Made by a program: the position numbers and the translations under genes | Shown: one piece after another, positions 1 to 7,027 of the stretch | Numbering within the stretch: position 1 is the stretch's first letter | Layout of the letters: the number at the start of each line of letters is the position of its first letter | Notes under the pieces: model-generated | Seen by the model: only the letters and a program-made list of their open reading frames with translations | Databases searched by the model: none | What the model was told of the DNA's origin: nothing | Virus record (IMG/VR): IMGVR_UViG_3300027545_000002 | Span: 1-43,347 of that record | Reading direction: 5' to 3' (one strand) | DNA: 43,347 nucleotides | Source of the DNA: a virus | Lineage: Duplodnaviria; Caudoviricetes

Positions 1-2
1 TG

Positions 3-431
3 GCTATACGCAACCAAGGGTTATCAGTCAAACAACTTTATACAGTTACCCAACTTCCAAATACCGGAACCAGATTTTTACAGTGCAGACTTCCCAGTGG
101 ACGAGTATTTAGTTATCTCAATCCAAGTGTCAGCGGTAACACAATCTCTTACGATGCTCCAAAATTTGGAAGTAGCAAAACATATGGAGGAGAGTTGGTC
201 GAAAACATTGCGCAAGCAGTCTCAAGAGACATCATGGCCGAAGCCTTGGTACGTTTGGAAGAAGCATATCCAACGGCTTTTACCGTACACGATGAGCTGG
301 TCTGCATTCCACGAATTGCAGGAGAAAAATCGTTCAAAGAATTTGAAAGAATAATGCTACAAGTACCTGTATGGGCAAAGGGATTACCGATTGATGTTGA
401 ATGTTGGCAAGGAAATAGATATGGAAAATGA
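3..431 (+). CDS. Family A DNA polymerase, C-terminal part (continues from the ORF at the right end of the window)
   Basis: Frame open from nt 3: AIRNQG...RLPSGRVFSY...TYGGELVENIAQAVSRD...TVHDELV (motif C)...WAKGLPIDVECWQGNRYGK, typical of phage PolA C-termini. The ORF track only called 195..431. Confidence 0.93.
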   Translation, partial: AIRNQGLSVKQLYTVTQLPNTGTRFLQCRLPSGRVFSYLNPSVSGNTISYDAPKFGSSKTYGGELVENIAQAVSRDIMAEALVRLEEAYPTAFTVHDELVCIPRIAGEKSFKEFERIMLQVPVWAKGLPIDVECWQGNRYGK

Positions 432-654
432 ATTAAGCCAACAACTATATAACGACTTCTTGAAAGAGCTAAAGAATAATCCCTTATGGGTTACAGAATA
501 CAACATAAAAGCTAGACAATACCCAATGAGCTATGACTATCTAATTGATTTGATAGAGAAAGTGAAGGGGCTAGAAAAGCAATTGTTTGAAACAGAATGC
601 AATTATTCTATGCACCAGGATTATTGCGAAGAACACCATATGGAGAAAAAATGA
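421..654 (+). CDS. Hypothetical protein
   Basis: AAGGA upstream of ATG 421; tightly packed operon. Confidence 0.6.
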   Translation: MENELSQQLYNDFLKELKNNPLWVTEYNIKARQYPMSYDYLIDLIEKVKGLEKQLFETECNYSMHQDYCEEHHMEKK

Positions 655-1010
655 CAAAGAACATAATCAAACCTTGGCGTAATAACAAAGTAGCTTTCGA
701 TTCTTTTGGTTCCCCTGAGAAAATGAAACTTACGGTTATAGCAATTTCTACCTCAGCTTATGCTCGTATGTTCCAGCTTTGGTTTAAAGTGAAAGACGGT
801 CAAAAATTTGCTCCAGGTGAAGAACAAGACTTTAAGCGGCTTATGAAGTGGTACAAAAATCTTGGGGTAGAACGCAAAGACAAACTTGATAAATGGATTT
901 TTGATTTAAGCCGAGATGTTGAAGATGTTACGGGCAAATCAGGACGCATTGTTGATGATGCTAATAAACGGGCTATGAAAGAAGTCACCGATTGGGAGTC
1001 AAATCAGTGA
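651..1010 (+). CDS. Hypothetical protein
   Basis: GGAG RBS then ATG 651 overlapping the previous stop (ATGA). Confidence 0.65.
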   Translation: MTKNIIKPWRNNKVAFDSFGSPEKMKLTVIAISTSAYARMFQLWFKVKDGQKFAPGEEQDFKRLMKWYKNLGVERKDKLDKWIFDLSRDVEDVTGKSGRIVDDANKRAMKEVTDWESNQ

Positions 1011-1462
1011 TTAAAGCTGTACTTGGTATAGACCCAGGCGGTACTGGTGGCATGGTTTTAGGGGATGAATTTTTTGGTTGGTATGTACATCCTTTTAAAA
1101 ATAATTGGGAAAAAACAGCAGAAGTTTTACGCGAATGGCAAAAAGATTTCTGGATCACTACTGCATACATAGAAGCAGTAGGGGCAATGCGTAGAGACAA
1201 ACCTAGAACTGCATTCATTTTTGGTAAGAATACAGGTATCATAACTGGAATGCTGTATCTAGCTAAAATTCCTTTCGTAGAAGTGCATTCCCAGAAGTGG
1301 CAGAAGTTTCACAAGTTAGGGGCTAAATATGAATCTAGTGCAGAACGTAAAAACGCTCATAAAGCTCATGTCCAAGAAATACTGCCCGAAATTAAATGGA
1401 CACTTCAAACTGCTGATGCCGGTCTTATTGCTTCTTATGCTTTCGACAAAGAGCTTGGCTAA
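1007..1462 (+). CDS. RuvC-like Holliday junction resolvase
   Basis: LGIDPGGTGG, AYIE, FGKNTG, KWQK and ADAGLIA motifs; GGAG RBS before GTG 1007. Confidence 0.85.
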   Translation: MIKAVLGIDPGGTGGMVLGDEFFGWYVHPFKNNWEKTAEVLREWQKDFWITTAYIEAVGAMRRDKPRTAFIFGKNTGIITGMLYLAKIPFVEVHSQKWQKFHKLGAKYESSAERKNAHKAHVQEILPEIKWTLQTADAGLIASYAFDKELG

Positions 1463-1757
1463 TATTCCTAGTGTTGTTCAAATACAGGTACAAGGGCAAA
1501 CCCATTTAATAACTGAATTAATAGAACACAAAAAATTCTTTAGACACCCAGAAAAGGAATTTTGGAAGTATAAGCTTTTAGATTCTGATTATCCGCTTGT
1601 TATTCATAAGCCGGAATACAAAGCTAACGAAACGCTTTTAAAAACAGTGACCGATAATCGTCCATTTAATGTAAAACATCCGATAATGCAAATCGCTATG
1701 TTTGTTGGTAATATATCTTCTCTGGCTTTAAATATTGTACAAGTGGTGAAACTATAA
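1455..1757 (+). CDS. Hypothetical protein
   Basis: Open frame; TTG 1455 overlaps the resolvase end and avoids the long overlap of the track start. Confidence 0.5.
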   Translation: MANIPSVVQIQVQGQTHLITELIEHKKFFRHPEKEFWKYKLLDSDYPLVIHKPEYKANETLLKTVTDNRPFNVKHPIMQIAMFVGNISSLALNIVQVVKL

Positions 1758-1768
1758 GGAGATTTGAA

Positions 1769-1981
1769 ATGACAACTAAAAAAGAATTTGAAGATGAATT
1801 TGAGAAAGACGAAGAAGAACTAGAAACAGAAGATAAAGCAGAAGAAGTTACTGTAGAGCATGTAGAAGAAGCATTGCAAAAATATGCTGAAGAATACCGC
1901 GGTCAAAGCGGTGTAGATCCTAATGATCACCCACATTTTGCTAAAGCAAAAGCGCTATTAGAAAAAATGAAGTGTCACTAA
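1769..1981 (+). CDS. Small acidic hypothetical protein
   Basis: Strong AAGGAG RBS; E/D-rich 70 aa; last gene before the hairpins. Confidence 0.75.
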   Translation: MTTKKEFEDEFEKDEEELETEDKAEEVTVEHVEEALQKYAEEYRGQSGVDPNDHPHFAKAKALLEKMKCH

Positions 1982-1982
1982 G

Positions 1983-2086
1983 TTTATAGAATACAGCCAT
2001 CTATAAAAACATAAACAGTAGGTATTCAGCTCCCTACTGTTTTTTGTTATAAAAACACCTACAGATGTGCGAACTGTAGGTGTTTT
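1983..2086. terminator. Three tandem hairpins, including bidirectional terminators, where the two gene arms converge
   Basis: TTTATAGA/TCTATAAA (1983-2007), AAACAGTAGG/CCTACTGTTT plus T tract (2013-2045), AAAACACCTACA/TGTAGGTGTTTT (2052-2086). Confidence 0.85.
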
Positions 2087-2115
2087 AGCAAGGAAGTCAC
2101 TCTATGCTGTATTAA

Positions 2116-2712
2116 TTATACAGCTTCTTGTAGTAACTGCTTATATACAACAAATGCCCCTGGGCGTGTATCAATAATGTCAATCCACTTTCCGTTATCT
2201 TCACCTCTAAAACGCATATTGTGATGCAGCTCATCAAGCTCATTAGCAACATAAGGAGAGTTGAAAGGGTTACTACCATACGCCCTCCCGTTATACCCAT
2301 AGAAAGCGTCAGCAATAGTCTTATCTGAAGTATCTACAGAGATTACTTGAGTTGATTCATGTACATCTTTCTCTACGTCAAGCTGGTAACTCTGAACCAT
2401 AACTAACGGATAACGGCATTCGTGGCGTAACCAACATGCAGCTAAAATAGCAGCAAAAGAAAAATCATCAATGCTATAACGGATGGGCTTATAGTCAGTA
2501 TAGCTTTGCAAAAGTCCTAGTATAACTGCATGGGTTGGTGGCGGATCAAACTGAAATGGGTTATTGCCCATTGTCAATCCGTGTTCGCGAAACCACACAG
2601 CGGCTAGCATTTGCCAAGGAACTTTTACAAGTTGCTCCGCTTCAAGCAAGATAGATTTGTTTGCTTTGATAGTGTCTATTTCTTGTGAAGATAGTCTAGC
2701 TAGGGATTCCAA
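2116..2712 (-). CDS. Putative endolysin, lysozyme-like/lytic transglycosylase fold
   Basis: VPWQMLAAVWFREHG (catalytic-Glu-type helix end), NPFQF, AFYGYNG, NSPY; last late gene, downstream of holin-like genes. Confidence 0.7.
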   Translation of the reverse strand: MESLARLSSQEIDTIKANKSILLEAEQLVKVPWQMLAAVWFREHGLTMGNNPFQFDPPPTHAVILGLLQSYTDYKPIRYSIDDFSFAAILAACWLRHECRYPLVMVQSYQLDVEKDVHESTQVISVDTSDKTIADAFYGYNGRAYGSNPFNSPYVANELDELHHNMRFRGEDNGKWIDIIDTRPGAFVVYKQLLQEAV

Positions 2713-2842
2713 ATACTTTTACTCCAAGAATTATGAATAGTATTAAATCAAATCCGCGGGCATACTTTACGTATGGTTCTGGAAACCAACACCCAGCTAC
2801 CGCAAGAATGATAAGTACCCAAAAAATTACTGCTAGTACCAT
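2696..2842 (-). CDS. Small two-TM membrane protein, 48 aa (missed by track)
   Basis: MVLAVIFWVLIILAVAGCWFPEPYVKYARGFDLILFIILGVKVFGIPS; ATG directly after the previous stop and fills the gap exactly. Confidence 0.7.
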   Translation of the reverse strand: MVLAVIFWVLIILAVAGCWFPEPYVKYARGFDLILFIILGVKVFGIPS

Positions 2843-2843
2843 T

Positions 2844-3206
2844 TTAACCGTCCTTTTTTAATAACGCTGCTGCTGTTGCCGCTGTAGTAGTTGCAGCTAC
2901 TTCAGCTGCTGTTTTTGCTGATTCTACTTTTTCTGTTAATGTAGCTAATTTAGCTGCTTGATCTACTGCATGAGCTGTTTGCCCATTAGTAGCTATTTTT
3001 ATATCGTTTATACCTTCTCTATTTTCTTTAGTGGCTTTTGTACCTTCATCAGTTTTATACATGTTCAGAATTTGTCCAATTGTTGGTGTAAGAAATCCTA
3101 TTATAAGAATTACTGTTTGAGTCTGTGCGCCTTGAGGGCAAAAAATTTCTAAACAGGTAATAGAAATTAGCCCTACGCACGTAATAATAGTAAGCGCAAT
3201 GATCAT
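2844..3206 (-). CDS. Holin-like membrane protein (N-terminal TMs, Ala-rich helical tail)
   Basis: Two N-terminal hydrophobic segments; position in the lysis cassette. Confidence 0.55.
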   Translation of the reverse strand: MIIALTIITCVGLISITCLEIFCPQGAQTQTVILIIGFLTPTIGQILNMYKTDEGTKATKENREGINDIKIATNGQTAHAVDQAAKLATLTEKVESAKTAAEVAATTTAATAAALLKKDG

Positions 3207-3556
3207 TTTTTCCCTGCTAGTTTTACTGCTGCTTGTATTACCTTAGCACTTCCAATACCCACCCACGGTGATAGTATTATGACCCATATAAAATCTGGAA
3301 TAATTAATGTTTTTCCTATGTAAGAAAAATATATTTGCGCTGCGGTAATTAGTACGGTAATAGCACTTGATAGCTTAAGAGCATTTTCCCTTAATGAAGC
3401 ATCAGCTCTAGCATTAATGATATCAGTCACTTCACAATGATGCGCTTCTGCTAATATTTTAGCGGCTTCTATATTTGTTTGCGTTTGAGTAACCGCGGCT
3501 TCTTTTGCCGCATATATTACTTTATCCGCTATCTCTAATGATTGATTTTCGTCCAT
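3203..3556 (-). CDS. Holin-like membrane protein (two C-terminal TMs)
   Basis: Two hydrophobic segments and a basic C-terminus; lysis cassette. Confidence 0.55.
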   Translation of the reverse strand: MDENQSLEIADKVIYAAKEAAVTQTQTNIEAAKILAEAHHCEVTDIINARADASLRENALKLSSAITVLITAAQIYFSYIGKTLIIPDFIWVIILSPWVGIGSAKVIQAAVKLAGKK

Positions 3557-3627
3557 GTTGAGGCAATAAAACTCAGGCTTAATAGTCCAAGGAATACACC
3601 TCTCACTATCTCATATGCTAATGGCAT
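3535..3627 (-). CDS. Small single-TM peptide, 30 aa (missed by track)
   Basis: AAGGAG RBS 8 nt before ATG; MPLAYEIVRGVFLGLLSLSFIASTWTKINH. Confidence 0.55.
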   Translation of the reverse strand: MPLAYEIVRGVFLGLLSLSFIASTWTKINH

Positions 3628-3640
3628 TTGATAGTCTCCT

Positions 3641-4402
3641 TTAAGTGACTAGCCCTACAGACCAAATATCACTCGTCAAGTTGGGGTCTAATAGATATGC
3701 CCAAGGTAAATGGAAATAGCCTTTATCTCCCCAACTGCTCCCCCAGGAATTAGGACCTGAAACATAATTTTCATCGTAGCTTGATACTCGTAAAGCATGT
3801 CCTCCTATAGGACTGTCAAACGGTCCTGGCATAGCTATAATACCGTCTTTAGCACATTGCGCACTTTCTATTTGATCAAAAACAGCTATTCCTATAACTA
3901 AAGGAAAACCGTTAACGATAGCGCTTTGAACAGATTGCTGGTCTTGGTTGACTTGAGAATAAGTAAGACACTTATGAAGTCCTGCGTCTTGTAGAGAAGC
4001 AGCAGGCGGAGCTTGAGTGAACTTACTGATGTCATAAGGCCAATTCCAAGATGAGCCTTCGTCCTCTGGACACACGCCTGTACTGTTAATGACTTTGAAT
4101 CCATCACGGATATTAGCCCCCGCATCTTGATCGGTAGTACCTTCAATAGCACGTTCTCCATAATAAATTTGTAAACGTGATGGAGTAAAAGGCCATTTAT
4201 ATTTGTTCTTCACCATCCAAGTTTTAAGAGCACCTGATATAGCATTAGCAGTACATGAGCCCAAATCGCCTTGATCAAACACAATACTGTCCCATTGGGC
4301 AAGAGAAAATGCAGCAGGTAAAACAGTTGGAGAACCGCTAAAAGCAAACTTATGATCTCTATGATCAGGTAAACCGCGCTTATATCCATATCTATGTTTC
4401 AT
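3641..4402 (-). CDS. Papain-family (C1) cysteine peptidase, xylellain-like
   Basis: DQGDLGSCTANA (Gln/Cys), GGHAL (His), NSWGSSWGDKGYF (Asn); N-terminal YGYKRGLPDHRD; PSRLQIYY. Confidence 0.93.
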   Translation of the reverse strand: MKHRYGYKRGLPDHRDHKFAFSGSPTVLPAAFSLAQWDSIVFDQGDLGSCTANAISGALKTWMVKNKYKWPFTPSRLQIYYGERAIEGTTDQDAGANIRDGFKVINSTGVCPEDEGSSWNWPYDISKFTQAPPAASLQDAGLHKCLTYSQVNQDQQSVQSAIVNGFPLVIGIAVFDQIESAQCAKDGIIAMPGPFDSPIGGHALRVSSYDENYVSGPNSWGSSWGDKGYFHLPWAYLLDPNLTSDIWSVGLVT

Positions 4403-4839
4403 GACGTCACCTTAATTAATGGGGAAATGAAAAGGTCGTAGGGAGTAATTCTGTCGCCTTGATCTCTATCAAGCAACATAATACCGGCTTTAGCAAAAGC
4501 AGCAAATACTAATTCAGAACAAAACCAAGAATTTTTACTGCTCCAATCCTTATGTAAAATTATCCCAGCAATTTGAGCATAATCGTAAGATTTTCCTCTT
4601 TGGGAAAGAACAAATCGGTCTATTATTTTCTCTTGTTCAGGAGTAGTTTCAACAGTACCAAACCATTCTTTCTTAGGTTTTGCGTAATCTAAAGAACGAA
4701 GTTCTACCCCTCCGGGGGCTACTGCTCCTAAATACCCATTATCAAATGCAAATTCAACATGACTGATTTGACTCCATGTCCAAAACTTTATTAAGTCTGG
4801 GACTAAACCTCTATTATCTAAAAATCTTAGTTTTATCAT
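4399..4839 (-). CDS. Permuted papain-like (YiiX/YebB, NlpC/P60 superfamily) enzyme
   Basis: N-terminal SHVE, GKSYD, WFCSELV, ITPYDL; His precedes Cys. Confidence 0.85.
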   Translation of the reverse strand: MIKLRFLDNRGLVPDLIKFWTWSQISHVEFAFDNGYLGAVAPGGVELRSLDYAKPKKEWFGTVETTPEQEKIIDRFVLSQRGKSYDYAQIAGIILHKDWSSKNSWFCSELVFAAFAKAGIMLLDRDQGDRITPYDLFISPLIKVTS

Positions 4840-5171
4840 AAGCTATTAATTATAGGGCAAATTACTTCACATCCTACTGCACATACCATTTTAGCAATTG
4901 CTATCATCTGGGCTGCTGTAATGCCCAATTTATTTTCTATTGCAAATTCATTTAGCTGAAGTTCTCTTATATTAGGATCTTCAATCAGCATTATTTGTTG
5001 AAAACGAGCTGAATCTAGTTTCATTTTCTCTCCTTTATCGTAAGCTCTCTTTACTAATGCGTAAAATTTATCGGTAGATTCTTTAATACCTATTCCAGAA
5101 ACTGTTTGCGTTTCAACCATAAACCTTGCGGCATTCCATAACTGCAATTGAAATGGCGTTAAATCAGTTAT
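4836..5171 (-). CDS. Hypothetical protein downstream of the tail fibre (possible fibre chaperone); start uncertain
   Basis: Open frame; AGGAG lies 6 nt before in-frame ATA 5171, whereas the track start TTG 5147 has no RBS. Confidence 0.6.
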   Translation of the reverse strand: MTDLTPFQLQLWNAARFMVETQTVSGIGIKESTDKFYALVKRAYDKGEKMKLDSARFQQIMLIEDPNIRELQLNEFAIENKLGITAAQMIAIAKMVCAVGCEVICPIINSL

Positions 5172-6786
5172 AAATAACTCCTGTTAAAGCGTTGCATCCT
5201 GTAAGGGAAAGTGTTGGTAGGGTTCCGTAGTAAGTAGTAATTACACTAGTTTGTGCTGATTCAACTCTTTGATAATAATTAAGTCCTAAAGCGCTAGTAC
5301 CTGTATAACTACAATTGATATTTTCAATGGCTCCTGTAGCCGCTGAACTAAATCCGCCTATTACTATTGCTGTAGAAGTACTATTTATTCCAATTCCAAT
5401 ACACGATACGCCTGAAAGATTGTTATTTGCAGCTAAACAAGTATCAGTTAAATTAACAGCTCTAGCTTTTCGTGAAAATACAGTTACTCGTCCTTGTCCG
5501 TTAGTAGTATTAGCATTTGCAGCTCTTAAAGTAGGAGTAGCGTACGTCCAACTGCTAGTTGTATCCTGCGCAAAAACTGCTTTTGATAGCTCATTGAATT
5601 CATTACTTACTGAACGTTCACCAATATAATCATTAGTGTGTCCAGTAGAACTGCAATAAAATTCACCAACTAAAAGTTTATTGGTTGAACTTGGTTTTGT
5701 AAGTCTTCCTAAAGCATCAGTGCTGTAAGAAGGCGCAGTAATTGGATTAGTCCAATCTTGATCTATCTCAACTGTCTCAGTTCCTGCATTATTATAAATA
5801 TAAACACTATACGCATCTCCGTTAACTAAGCTGCTTATAGAAGTTCCTATTTCAGTAAGTTTGATAGTCGAAAGAACTCCACTACCGTTATCCTGAGTTA
5901 CTAAATTACCTTTATACGGACCAACATATACAGTTGTATTTCCTGAACTTGAACCATCAGCTTCAGGTGATCCACTTACTAAATAAATACGTATCTGTGT
6001 TTGCCCTAATATAGGAGATTTACTAACGAAGCCTGTTCCAGTATCAGTTACAACATTACCACTTGCTACTGGAACAATGCCTGTACCTAAAAGAGTTCCT
6101 ATTGTATTATTCCAGGTAGGAATTGCCCCATTTACTGTAGTAGTTCCAGGTCCAATAACTCCAGAACTTGCAGCTTGAGCCACTATTTGTTGAGGCGTAT
6201 AATTCACAATATTCATAGCGCCGCTATCCCAGCCAATCAGATTTAAAGCTACTGGAGTAGGTAATGCAGTATTGACTAATCCAACAGAAGTGATTGGTAA
6301 TTGCAAGCTTAAACTTTGAGCAGTGCTTATTTGCTGTATTTGCATACAAGCTCTATCAAAAACAGTTTGCAACGTAGAAGAAGGCAAGCTACCTTCAACA
6401 GGTAAATTTATTGTTTGAGTTAAAGTAAGCATTCTTGCCATAAGAATGGCAGCAGCATTAGCCGGGGTATAAGTGGCTTGAAATGTTATTGTGCCGCCTG
6501 TACAAGGATAAGATCCTCCTGTTGGAGAAACAATATAAGCAACACTTTGAGTTTGTAGACCGCCATTAACGTAAACAGTCATATCAGATGCTTGAAGCAG
6601 TTCAAACGTAAAGGTAAAAGTATTTGTAACACCATCCCCGGTAGCGGAGCTAGTGGAGTTGGTTGTTGGGACTACTGCTTGTGCTGATAACTGACAAGTA
6701 AGAAATGTTGAACAGATTAACAGATGAACGAATAACGTCAAAAAGACGAGTATGTTTTTAACAGATTTATTTCGTATTAGGTGCAT
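5164..6786 (-). CDS. Tail fibre protein (T7 gp17-like N-terminal domain) with N-terminal signal peptide
   Basis: TGDGVTNTFTFTF...DMTVYVNG...GGTITF...FDRACMQIQQ is the podovirus fibre attachment domain; preceded by MHLIRNKSVKN-ILVFLTLFVHLLICSTFLTC-QLSAQA. Confidence 0.88.
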   Translation of the reverse strand: MHLIRNKSVKNILVFLTLFVHLLICSTFLTCQLSAQAVVPTTNSTSSATGDGVTNTFTFTFELLQASDMTVYVNGGLQTQSVAYIVSPTGGSYPCTGGTITFQATYTPANAAAILMARMLTLTQTINLPVEGSLPSSTLQTVFDRACMQIQQISTAQSLSLQLPITSVGLVNTALPTPVALNLIGWDSGAMNIVNYTPQQIVAQAASSGVIGPGTTTVNGAIPTWNNTIGTLLGTGIVPVASGNVVTDTGTGFVSKSPILGQTQIRIYLVSGSPEADGSSSGNTTVYVGPYKGNLVTQDNGSGVLSTIKLTEIGTSISSLVNGDAYSVYIYNNAGTETVEIDQDWTNPITAPSYSTDALGRLTKPSSTNKLLVGEFYCSSTGHTNDYIGERSVSNEFNELSKAVFAQDTTSSWTYATPTLRAANANTTNGQGRVTVFSRKARAVNLTDTCLAANNNLSGVSCIGIGINSTSTAIVIGGFSSAATGAIENINCSYTGTSALGLNYYQRVESAQTSVITTYYGTLPTLSLTGCNALTGVIYN

Positions 6787-7003
6787 TAGCTACCGGAGTG
6801 TATTCTTTGCCTTTATAGATAATATTACCATTAGCTACTAAGATTACTTTAGCCTCTTTTTGCTTTTTCCTTCCTGTAACAAACATAGGAGGGCTAACTG
6901 GTTGGTTAAGCGCCCAATTAAAAGCTACCGCATTGTCAAGTTCATCTGCTTTAACAGGTAAACATAAAGCGCATATACACATAATTAAAAATAGTTTTTT
7001 CAT
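6767..7003 (-). CDS. Small secreted protein (signal peptide)
   Basis: GGAGG RBS before MKKLFLIMCICALCLPVKA|DELD. Confidence 0.7.
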   Translation of the reverse strand: MKKLFLIMCICALCLPVKADELDNAVAFNWALNQPVSPPMFVTGRKKQKEAKVILVANGNIIYKGKEYTPVANAPNTK

Positions 7004-7027
7004 ATAAGTGACCTCCATAATATACAT

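Noticed and set aside
2090-2115. AAGGAAGTCA RBS-like motif (also at about 32354 and 38687) followed by ATG
   Set aside because: Here it leads only to a 3-codon ORF beyond the terminators; no support for function.
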